In this document: positions 1 through 8,558 of the stretch, one piece after another
Layout: each line of letters opens with the position of its first letter
Numbering within the stretch: position 1 is the first letter of the stretch
From: an uncultured Eubacteriales bacterium
Lineage (GTDB): Bacteria > Bacillota > Clostridia > Oscillospirales > CAG-272
Assembly (NCBI GenBank): GCA_949299535.1
Contig: CASGAQ010000004.1
Coordinates: forward strand, 21,468-85,467
Length of the DNA stretch: 64,000 nt
Direction: 5' to 3'
Notes under the pieces: generated by a model
Database searches by the model: none
What the model was told of the DNA's origin: nothing
The model's input: the letters and a program-made list of their open reading frames with translations, nothing else
Translations under genes and position numbers: made by a program

Positions 1-255
1 GTAAAACCGGGTTGGGTAACTCTTATCATCTACTCGTTCAAAGACCTTTGGAACACGGGTTCTTCTAACTATATTTACAGCGAACAGCTCAAAACATTCA
101 ACTATGCGGTCGGTCAGATCGTATCCGGCGGTGTAGATCGTGCCGGCGTAGGTACAGCTTCTTCCGTTGTAATGATGATTGTACCTATTATAGTATTCAT
201 AATCGGTCAGAGCAACGTCATCGAAACGATGGCTTCGTCCGGTATGAAAGACTGA
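1..255 (+). CDS. carbohydrate ABC transporter permease, C-terminal fragment (5' end lies outside the window)
   Basis: Frame 1 is open from the window edge to TGA at 253-255. The hydrophobic tail (GVGTASSVVMMIVPIIVFIIGQ) is typical of MalG-type permease C-termini. It is co-directional with downstream permease genes. Confidence 0.55.
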   Translation, partial: VKPGWVTLIIYSFKDLWNTGSSNYIYSEQLKTFNYAVGQIVSGGVDRAGVGTASSVVMMIVPIIVFIIGQSNVIETMASSGMKD

Positions 256-271
256 TGAGGAGGGAACTTCA

Positions 272-2404
272 ATGAAAAAAGCATCAAGAATATTTATCGC
301 GGTTCTCTGCCTCATGCTTCTCGTAAGCTGCATGATTCCTGCATTTGCGGCGACCGCGCCTTATGAAACATACACATATTCGATGGAAGGCTCTACGATG
401 AGTTCTCCTCATGCGTATGTTCCTGAAAGAATCATCACAAACTACGATATGGGCACTACCGCCCTTAAATCCGCCAAAGACATTTTCTTTGACGACGACG
501 GAAATCTCTATATTTCCGATACGGGCAACAACAGGGTAGTAGTGTGCAACTCAGATTTCAGATATCAGTTCGAGATATCGAGCTTTATAAACGAGCACGG
601 CGTTCCTGACGCGCTCAGTTCTCCGCAGGGCTTGTTTGTAACAGATGAAACTATCTACGTCTGCGACACGAGCAACTCTCGTATAGTTTGCTTCGACCTC
701 GTAGGTAATTTCCAGCGTATCATCTACGCTCCCCAGGCAGACGTTATGGGCGAAGATACTATCTTCCACCCTGTTGCCATTTCCGTTGATTCCTCCGGAA
801 GAATGTATATCGTATCCGACCAGACATATTCCGGTATCTTCTCCATAAATCCCGACGGTACATTCCAGGGATTTATAGGCGCACAGAAAGCAGATGTTCC
901 GCTTGCAACAAGAATCCGCCGTCTTCTTTTCCCGGACGTTACAGCTGAGGAATATATCACGGCTACATACAACAACTGTGCCATTGACGAAGACGGATTC
1001 CTTTATGTAACAACTAGTGACATAGACGAAGAAACTCTTACTTCTGCAATTACGTCCGGCAATGAGGATTATGCTCCCGTTAAGCGTCTTAACAGCCAGG
1101 GCGACGACATCATGAAAAGAAACGGTTTCTTTATTCCCGCCGGCGAAGTATCGCTTACTACATACAATAGTAATCCTAACGAAGGGACAACAGGACCTTC
1201 TACCATAGTCGATGTCGCCATAGGTGAAAACGGTATGTGGACTATCCTTGACAGCAAGAGATGCAGACTTTATACTTACGACAGCGATGGCATTTTGCTT
1301 TTCGCTTTCGGTGATAAAGGTGCTCAGCTCGGTAACCTCAGTCAGCCTACTGCAATCGAATACCGCGACAGTTCTCTTTATGTGCTTGACGCAACTCTCA
1401 ACTCCATCACCGTTTACAAGAGAACAGATTACGGCGATGTAATCGCTCAGGCTCTTAAACACACTGATGACAGAGAATATTCTCTGGCGCTTTCCGACTG
1501 GGAAGCTATCCGCAAGTCCAACAATAACTTCGACTCAGCCTATCGCGGTATAGCCAATAACCTTTACCGTCAGGGCCATTATGAAGAATCCCTCATGTAC
1601 TATGAAGCTATCGGTGAAACGCAGGGTTATTCCGACTCTTTCAAAGCCATGAGAAAAGAATGGGTTGAAAAATACGTATTTGTTGTTATCATCGTTGTCG
1701 TAGTTCTCTGTATTCTTCTTGCCAAGTTCTTTAAATATGTCGGCAAAAAGAACGAAGAGGGCATTACAAAACTCACCAAGAGAACTCTCTGGGAAGAATT
1801 TATATACGGCTTCTACCTTATAATGCATCCGTTCGATGCTTACTGGGATCTGAAGCACGAAAAGAGAGGCTCCGTAAGAGGCGCGCTTCTTATAGACGCT
1901 GTTGTAATTGTTTCCTATCTCTACTATTTAGTGGGCAGATCTTACATCTACTGTCCTAACAAGAATTCCGCAGGCTATATACTTATATACGGCGTTCTTA
2001 CGGTTGTAGTTCCGCTCATGCTTTGGTGCGTTGCAAACTGGTGTCTTACGACTCTGTTTGACGGCGAAGGCAACTTCAAAGATATTTTTGTATCTTCTTC
2101 TTATGCGTTGTTCCCGCTTATCCTTTTCTTGGTGCCGGTCACACTTTTGACAAACGTCGCATCTCTCGATGAATCCAAGATGATCTCGCTTTTGCTCACA
2201 CTTTCTTTCGTATGGCTCGGTATGCTTCTGTTCTTCGGTATGGCTACCACACACGGTTATTCTATGGGCAAGAACGTTCTTATCACTATATTCACGATCG
2301 TCGGTATGATGTTTATTATGTTTATCATTCTGTTGTTCTCCAACCTCATACAGCAGATGGTAAGCTTTGTCGCCGATATCATCACAGAAGTTTCGTTGCG
2401 TTAA
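272..2404 (+). CDS. secreted NHL-repeat beta-propeller fused to a Yip1-like multi-pass membrane domain
   Basis: 710-aa ORF with a GGAGGG SD upstream and signal peptide MKKASRIFIAVLCLMLLVSCMIPAFA. It has repeated NHL-like blades (DDDGNLYISDTGNNRVVV, DETIYVCDTSNSRIVCF, DSSGRMYIVSD, DSSLYVLDATLNSITVY). The C-terminal ~230 aa contain about 5 hydrophobic helices reminiscent of a Yip1 domain. Confidence 0.7.
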   Translation: MKKASRIFIAVLCLMLLVSCMIPAFAATAPYETYTYSMEGSTMSSPHAYVPERIITNYDMGTTALKSAKDIFFDDDGNLYISDTGNNRVVVCNSDFRYQFEISSFINEHGVPDALSSPQGLFVTDETIYVCDTSNSRIVCFDLVGNFQRIIYAPQADVMGEDTIFHPVAISVDSSGRMYIVSDQTYSGIFSINPDGTFQGFIGAQKADVPLATRIRRLLFPDVTAEEYITATYNNCAIDEDGFLYVTTSDIDEETLTSAITSGNEDYAPVKRLNSQGDDIMKRNGFFIPAGEVSLTTYNSNPNEGTTGPSTIVDVAIGENGMWTILDSKRCRLYTYDSDGILLFAFGDKGAQLGNLSQPTAIEYRDSSLYVLDATLNSITVYKRTDYGDVIAQALKHTDDREYSLALSDWEAIRKSNNNFDSAYRGIANNLYRQGHYEESLMYYEAIGETQGYSDSFKAMRKEWVEKYVFVVIIVVVVLCILLAKFFKYVGKKNEEGITKLTKRTLWEEFIYGFYLIMHPFDAYWDLKHEKRGSVRGALLIDAVVIVSYLYYLVGRSYIYCPNKNSAGYILIYGVLTVVVPLMLWCVANWCLTTLFDGEGNFKDIFVSSSYALFPLILFLVPVTLLTNVASLDESKMISLLLTLSFVWLGMLLFFGMATTHGYSMGKNVLITIFTIVGMMFIMFIILLFSNLIQQMVSFVADIITEVSLR

Positions 2405-2425
2405 TGGCAGGGAGGATAAATTATA

Positions 2426-5400
2426 ATGAAGAAATTTAGAATATTATCGGCCATTCTGGCGGTGGCGATATGCGTCGCCGGTCTTTCGCTCCCGGTCGGC
2501 ACGGTTTCTATCGACGAGTACACTTCCACCTCGTATACCGAGGCGGAAGAAAAAGTCGAAACGATGACTTCCGTTTACAAAAGCGAAGAGTATGGCTATG
2601 AAATGTTTATGGATTCACTTTCAGGTGAATTTGCCATAAAGAATCTGAAAACGGGCGAATATACGTTTTCAAATCCGTATGATGTTGCAATCAACAGTAC
2701 TAATACAAATATAAAAAAAGAGGCGCTGCTCTCTCAGATAATGATCAGATATACTGATACAGTAACCGGTATTACAAGTTATTTGGGCAGTTTTACTTCC
2801 GCAGCATTGCTCGGAGGTCAGATTGAAGTCAAAAAAATCTCCGACGGCATCCGTGTTGAGTATGCTATCGGTACCGTTGAATCTAAACGTCTTGTTCCGC
2901 GTATGATCGAAAAAAGCAGATTTGAAGAACTTATCTATGATAAACTCGAAGAAGCGGCAAACAGCACGACAAGCGGAATGACAGACGATGAAAAATTCAT
3001 AGTTGAAAATATTTACAAGTCATCTTATACGCTCGTAGATCTTTCTCAGGAGACTATTGAGACCGTCATTCAGACACTTATAAACACATATCCCGTTCTT
3101 AAAACAAATCCTGATTTAAAGTTCTATGTGCTGAGTGATACCTCCGAAAAGACTCTTAAGAGAATCGAAAATCTTATAAGAAAATATTGTCCCGAGTACA
3201 CATTCGATGAGCTCGAATATGACCATGAGTTGACAGGATATGAAGGTTCCGAAAAAGAACCCCCTCTTTTCAGACTTGCTATTGAGTATACTTTTGATGA
3301 AAATGGTTTTAAAGCAACCGTTCCCGCAAAGAGTATAAGATACAACGAAACAAACTATACTCTGGACTCCATCACTATACTTCCTTACTTCGGTTGCAGC
3401 ACTACAAAAGAAGTTGCCGGCAAAAAGACGACAGGCGGTTATCTGTTCCTTCCTGACGGAAGCGGTACGATCCTTGAGTATTACAACAATGACGGCTCCG
3501 TTAAAACAGGCGCGCAGACTATTTCCGTATATGGTATAGACTATGCTTACGAAAACTTGACATCTGCCAATACAACGGCTAACGCTCAGGTATGCCGCAT
3601 TCCTGTATTCGGTCTTACCGATTATTACACGGTGACTGAAGAAGTTATAAGAAGCGGCAGACCGAATATGATCCAGTCATCTTCGGGACGCAAAGGCTAT
3701 GTTGCAATCATTGAAGAAGGCGATTCTCTTGCAACGATCACAGCTTCCCTCGGCACAATGCTTTGGACCAACCTTGCGATAGGTGAGTGCGAGTACAACA
3801 CGGTATATGCTTCATTCTCTATGCAGCAAACCGACCAGGTTTCTCTCGGTTCTTCGCTCAGCGGCGGTTCTCAGATCGCTACAAGCGTCGATACAAGATA
3901 TATCGGCAACTATTCGATAAGATATATTCTTCTCGACGATAGCGAAGATTCTACTGCCGAACCTACATATGTCGGCATGGCTAACGCTTACCGCAACTAT
4001 CTTATCAACACAGGCGCGCTCTCCCGTCTCACAGCAGAAGAGCTTAACGACCAGCTTCCCCTTTACATTCAGACTCTCGGCGCTACGAAAACACAGGATA
4101 CTTTCCTCACTTTACCCATAACTGTAACAAAAGAACTTACGACTTTTGAGGACATCAAGACGATGACGTCGGAACTCGGCGCCTCGAATATAAATAATAT
4201 AAAATATATTCTTACGGGTTATGCAAATGGTACGGCGCTTTGGTCCGAATATCCCACATATGTTAAGTTCAACAGAAAAGTCGGCGGAAATAATGGTTAT
4301 GAAGACCTCATAGATTTCGCTATCGACGAAGGTATTGAGATAATGCCTAACTTCGATTTTGCAAATGTCGAAGGAGCCGGTTCCGGATTCAAATACAAGA
4401 AGCACGCAGCTCTTATGATGAGCGGACGTTATGCTACAAAACGCAGTTATGATTCAATATCTCAGGTTATTAGGTCCAGTGGCTATTATAATATCGTATC
4501 TACCGGTGCTTATGATTACATCTTCTCTAAATTCTCCAAGGCTTATGACAAATTCTTCAAAGATTTCGATGGTTATAACGGTTCTTTGGCAGCCTTGACG
4601 CTCGGTACGGATCTCAACTCCGACTTTGATTCTGAAGATCCTATCACACGAGAGGATTCCAAAAACAATACGATCGACTTTATCAGTTCTATTTATGAAA
4701 AATATGATTCTGTACTCGTTGGAGGCGGTAACGCTTACACGATACCTTATGTAACAGATATCGTCTCCGTTCCGCTTGACAACAGTAACTATGCTATCTC
4801 TACGGCAGCCGTTCCTTTCATGGGAATCGTGCTTCACGGTTGTGTTGAATACTCCGGCGAGCCTCTTAATATGGCGGGCGACGTTATGTACGAGGTTCTC
4901 AAATCGATTGAAAACGGCGCTGCACCCTATTTCCTTCTCGCTTACCAGAACGTAGAAACACTGAAAAACAACTCTTTTATGAATCAATATTATTCCATCA
5001 ACTTTGAAACATGGAAGAATGATGTCGTTAAATACTACGATATCATCAACGGCGCTATCGGCGATCTTCAGGATGCCACGATAACGGGCCATGAAATCGT
5101 AACGGCGTTCCTCGTAAGTGATCCGACCAACAGCGAAAACGCTGCCGATGAAGCAAATATGCTCTTTTCAGAATTGGGAAACGCTAAAGCGCTCGTCGAG
5201 TCCACAAAGACTGCATATTACGAAGCTGTCGCTACTGTTGACCAACTCGTAAGCGACCAGAAAAATGCAGACGCTGCTCTCACAGTTGAAAACAATGCAA
5301 AGAAAGCATATACTGATGCACAGACAAAGCTTCAGCTTGTAGAAGACCTTATCGACAGAAACGCTGTTTCCAATGTTGTTTGCGTAACATATACTTCTCC

Positions 5401-5839
5401 CAACGGCAACACCAAGACTTTCTATATCAATTATAACAACTATGCTGTTGCTGTTGAAACAGAAAACGGTGGAGTATATATCATGGAAGCTATGTCTTTC
5501 ATAGAAAAAGGCGATATGACAGGTATCATCAACAAGATCTCATCCACAGAAAGCGTAACAGCATACGTTCCTTCGACAACGGCTCTTACATCATTCGCTT
5601 CTGCTAACGAAACTCTTGAAGAAGCTGTTGCTTCCGGCAATGCAAACGCTATCAGACGTGCGAAAGAAGCTGTTGAAACCGTTATAAGCTCCATTAAGAC
5701 AACGACTGCCAATGTAACTAAAATAACAGACAATAACGGCGACGTTATTTATATCAACTATGAAACATCCAGCGTAATTATTAAGATAAGCGATACGGAA
5801 TACCGTCTCGTTCCCGCACAAAGCTATCTTATTGCTTAA
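2426..5839 (+). CDS. large secreted protein of unknown function (DUF5696-like; possible glycosidase-like barrel plus C-terminal coiled-coil region)
   Basis: 1137-aa ORF with a GGGAGG SD and signal peptide MKKFRILSAILAVAICVAGLSLP. The central region (FLPDGSGTILEY, YVGMANAYRNYL, AVPFMGIVLHG) resembles the DUF5696 family from memory. No catalytic family can be assigned by eye. Confidence 0.55.
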   Translation: MKKFRILSAILAVAICVAGLSLPVGTVSIDEYTSTSYTEAEEKVETMTSVYKSEEYGYEMFMDSLSGEFAIKNLKTGEYTFSNPYDVAINSTNTNIKKEALLSQIMIRYTDTVTGITSYLGSFTSAALLGGQIEVKKISDGIRVEYAIGTVESKRLVPRMIEKSRFEELIYDKLEEAANSTTSGMTDDEKFIVENIYKSSYTLVDLSQETIETVIQTLINTYPVLKTNPDLKFYVLSDTSEKTLKRIENLIRKYCPEYTFDELEYDHELTGYEGSEKEPPLFRLAIEYTFDENGFKATVPAKSIRYNETNYTLDSITILPYFGCSTTKEVAGKKTTGGYLFLPDGSGTILEYYNNDGSVKTGAQTISVYGIDYAYENLTSANTTANAQVCRIPVFGLTDYYTVTEEVIRSGRPNMIQSSSGRKGYVAIIEEGDSLATITASLGTMLWTNLAIGECEYNTVYASFSMQQTDQVSLGSSLSGGSQIATSVDTRYIGNYSIRYILLDDSEDSTAEPTYVGMANAYRNYLINTGALSRLTAEELNDQLPLYIQTLGATKTQDTFLTLPITVTKELTTFEDIKTMTSELGASNINNIKYILTGYANGTALWSEYPTYVKFNRKVGGNNGYEDLIDFAIDEGIEIMPNFDFANVEGAGSGFKYKKHAALMMSGRYATKRSYDSISQVIRSSGYYNIVSTGAYDYIFSKFSKAYDKFFKDFDGYNGSLAALTLGTDLNSDFDSEDPITREDSKNNTIDFISSIYEKYDSVLVGGGNAYTIPYVTDIVSVPLDNSNYAISTAAVPFMGIVLHGCVEYSGEPLNMAGDVMYEVLKSIENGAAPYFLLAYQNVETLKNNSFMNQYYSINFETWKNDVVKYYDIINGAIGDLQDATITGHEIVTAFLVSDPTNSENAADEANMLFSELGNAKALVESTKTAYYEAVATVDQLVSDQKNADAALTVENNAKKAYTDAQTKLQLVEDLIDRNAVSNVVCVTYTSPNGNTKTFYINYNNYAVAVETENGGVYIMEAMSFIEKGDMTGIINKISSTESVTAYVPSTTALTSFASANETLEEAVASGNANAIRRAKEAVETVISSIKTTTANVTKITDNNGDVIYINYETSSVIIKISDTEYRLVPAQSYLIA

Positions 5840-5860
5840 TGAAAGGAGGAGTAACTTGTT

Positions 5861-6880
5861 ATGAATAATACTATTGCAAAACAGAAAAAAGAAAAAAGTT
5901 CATCTAAACGCATGCATAAAGGAGCTTCTCTTAACGCAAGAAGAGCCAGAAAAGGTTGGATATTTGTTCTGCCTTTTGTTATCGGACTTGTTTTGATATA
6001 TCTTCCTGTTATTTTTGAGTCAATAAGCTATAGTTTTGCAAGCTATACAAGAATCCCTGCTATTCAGGGCGGTGGCTATACTCTTACTTGGGTAGGATTT
6101 AAAAACTATAAGGAAGTATTTTCTTCAACAGTAGATGCCAATACAGGCGAAACATTTATTGAAATGCTTGTTAAAAGTCTTGGCACACAGGCAATAGACA
6201 TTATAGCTATTTTGATGCTTTCACTCTTTATTGCGGTTTTGCTTAACCAGAAGATGGTTGGACGCGCAGCGTTCCGTGCCATATTCTTCATTCCGGTCGT
6301 TGTCGGTGCCGGCATTATGACCAGAATAGACGCAACTTCTGCCGAGATACTTGCTACGGCTTCCGGTGTTATCGAAGGTATCGATACCGGTTCCGTAGAA
6401 GGCGGCGGTATGAGCTCTATAGTATCTGCCATGGATATCGGAGCCATATTCGCGAATCTCGGATTTGGCAGCGGTCTGGTGGATATCGTAACCGGCATTG
6501 TAGAGAATATCTTCAATATAGTAAACCGTTCCGGCGTACAGATGCTTATATTCCTTGCAGGTCTTCAGTCTATTTCTCCTTCTGTTTATGAATCCTGCCA
6601 GATGGAAGGCGCTTCATCTTGGGAAATATTCTGGAAGATAACACTTCCCATGCTCAGCCCAATAATTTTGACAAATGCTATATATACGGTTATTGATGCT
6701 TTCACATCGGAAAGCAATGAAGTAATGTTGCAGATAGTCGGCGAAGATATAACTTTGACTCCCGATCCTATCCTTTCCGCCAAAGCTTGGCTGTATTTTG
6801 CGGTTGTCGCGGTCGCTTTGATATTGGTAACGGCGATATGCTCATCGTTCGTATTCTACCAGCGTCGCAATGATAATTGA
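5861..6880 (+). CDS. carbohydrate ABC transporter permease (MalF-like)
   Basis: 339-aa ORF with an AGGAGG SD and multiple TM helices. EAA-type loop ESCQMEGASSWEIFWKITLPMLSP. Confidence 0.8.
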   Translation: MNNTIAKQKKEKSSSKRMHKGASLNARRARKGWIFVLPFVIGLVLIYLPVIFESISYSFASYTRIPAIQGGGYTLTWVGFKNYKEVFSSTVDANTGETFIEMLVKSLGTQAIDIIAILMLSLFIAVLLNQKMVGRAAFRAIFFIPVVVGAGIMTRIDATSAEILATASGVIEGIDTGSVEGGGMSSIVSAMDIGAIFANLGFGSGLVDIVTGIVENIFNIVNRSGVQMLIFLAGLQSISPSVYESCQMEGASSWEIFWKITLPMLSPIILTNAIYTVIDAFTSESNEVMLQIVGEDITLTPDPILSAKAWLYFAVVAVALILVTAICSSFVFYQRRNDN

Positions 6881-6900
6881 GAAGGGAGGAAAGGTACTTT

Positions 6901-7962
6901 ATGAATACTCAGCCTAAAATTAAAAAAGAGTCCAAAAATAAGATCAGAGTTGATTTTGAAAGGGCTCCGCTTTCCGAAAGATTAAAAGCAAAATATTTGA
7001 ACGCTTATTTCTATAAGAAAATAATTGTTTCACTGTTCAAATTTCTTCTTCTTCTCGGTATCTCTTATGTTATTCTTTATCCTTTTGCTTCCAAGATACT
7101 TCAGTCTTTCTTCAGTCCGCAGGACCTGCTTCAGTCTGACGTACAGCTTGTTGCAAAATATCCTACCATTCAGACATACAGCCTTTTGATAACCGAAAAC
7201 GGTTACTTCAGCGCTTTGCTCAACACGGCGATTCTTTCCTTTGTTTGCGCTGTTATCCAGACATTCATCTGTTCCTTTATCGGTTACGGATTTGCGAAGT
7301 TCAAATTCAAAGGCAACAAAGTACTCTTTGTATTTGTCATTATATCGCTTCTTGTTCCTCCGAAGATTCTCGCTTCCTCGCTTGTTCAGCGCTTTGTTAA
7401 TTTTGATATTTTCGGAATATTTGAAGCTACGGGATTTTATGATCTGCTTGGCTGGGAAACGGGATTGCACGGTACATATGCGCCATTCATTCTCCTCTCC
7501 CTGACCGGATTGGCTTTCAAAAACGGTTTGTTTATCTTCCTTATGAGACAGTTCTACAGAGGTATTCCCGATGAGCTTGAAGAAGCTTCTTACGTTGACG
7601 GTTACGGTGTTTTCACAACATTCTTCCGTATTATTCTTCCTTGCTCTGTTCCTATGCTTATCACTGTATTCATTCTCTCTTTCTCTTGGCAGTGGACAGA
7701 TATTTTCTATACGAATATCTTCCTTCCCAACTCCGACAAGGTTCTTCTTACGAGCAATGCGTTCTGGTCTACGATGCCTCCAACGCTTGAAGCTATCAGA
7801 GAAGAAGTTCTTATCGGTAATGATACGGCACAAAGCACTTTTGCCGCAATAGTTATGAATACTGCCGGTATGCTTGTTGTTGCTCCGCTTATCATACTTT
7901 ACCTCTTCTGCCAGAGATATCTCATTCAGGGTATTGAACATTCCGGATTTGGCGGAACCTAA
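6901..7962 (+). CDS. carbohydrate ABC transporter permease (MalG-like)
   Basis: The ORF track opens at 6877 (TTG), but ATG 6901 is preceded by GGGAGGAAAGG. EAA loop EEASYVDGYGVFTTFFRIILP and six TM segments. Confidence 0.8.
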   Translation: MNTQPKIKKESKNKIRVDFERAPLSERLKAKYLNAYFYKKIIVSLFKFLLLLGISYVILYPFASKILQSFFSPQDLLQSDVQLVAKYPTIQTYSLLITENGYFSALLNTAILSFVCAVIQTFICSFIGYGFAKFKFKGNKVLFVFVIISLLVPPKILASSLVQRFVNFDIFGIFEATGFYDLLGWETGLHGTYAPFILLSLTGLAFKNGLFIFLMRQFYRGIPDELEEASYVDGYGVFTTFFRIILPCSVPMLITVFILSFSWQWTDIFYTNIFLPNSDKVLLTSNAFWSTMPPTLEAIREEVLIGNDTAQSTFAAIVMNTAGMLVVAPLIILYLFCQRYLIQGIEHSGFGGT

Positions 7963-8026
7963 TACCTTTAAGCATTATTTTAAAACTATCATCTTTGATA
8001 AGATATAATAGCTTATAAAAACAAAA

Positions 8027-8071
8027 ATACTGCACTCGGCTCGGTTTAGAGCAGGGTGCAGTATTTTTTTA
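8027..8071 (+). terminator. intrinsic terminator closing the ABC operon
   Basis: ATACTGCAC ... GTGCAGTAT stem followed by a T7 run. Confidence 0.6.
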
Positions 8072-8495
8072 TTGACAGAGTAAATGCGAGAAATGACCGT
8101 AGAGGAAATCAGAATCCGTTGCTTCATGAAAAAGCGTTTTTTATCTTGTGGGAATAACAGCTCATATCCCGCGTGCAATCTGCTCAGGATATGAAATACG
8201 GGATCAGACAACTAAGGAGAAGTGACTGTTTTCAAACATTCGATTGAGGGTTTGTGTTGAAGTAGGTAATATAAAAAATAAATAAATGAAAAGCATATAA
8301 TAAAAGGTTTATCGAGTATCACAGCATTAAAAGCAAGGTTTTTAAGAATAGATGAACGGATTTGACTTCTGTTGTGTAAAGGTGTTCTTTTATCGTCTGT
8401 ACTTCCTTGGGAAAGTGTCGCTTCGCTGCGTCGGACGAAGCTCTTGTGTGTTTTGCTTGACAAAGAGTTGGTTGTACTGTAAACAAGATAAACAT

Positions 8496-8530
8496 AAAAA
8501 CCGCTCCGATTTTTTATCGGAGCGGTCTTT
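8496..8530 (-). terminator. intrinsic terminator downstream of the Ig-repeat surface protein gene
   Basis: CCGCTCCGAT / ATCGGAGCGG 10-bp stem with a 5-nt loop. A-run and T-run flanks allow it to act in both directions. Confidence 0.65.
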
Positions 8531-8558
8531 TGACTTGTTATTCTATTATAAAATATTA

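Noticed and set aside
551-1462. Long antisense ORFs inside well-supported genes. Examples: 551-1462(-), 4454-5092(-), 7030-7941(-), 21546-22118(+), 26095-26592(-), 26614-27168(-), 34854-35585(+), 37426-38094(-), 38286-38885(-), 39830-40765(+), 41533-42258(+), 43446-44120(+), 52781-53512(-), 57957-58658(+), 60306-61178(+).
   Set aside because: Each lies fully within, and opposite to, a gene with clear family motifs. Their translations are low-complexity or Cys/Arg/Ser-rich with no recognisable motifs, and they have no SD sequences. They are shadow ORFs.
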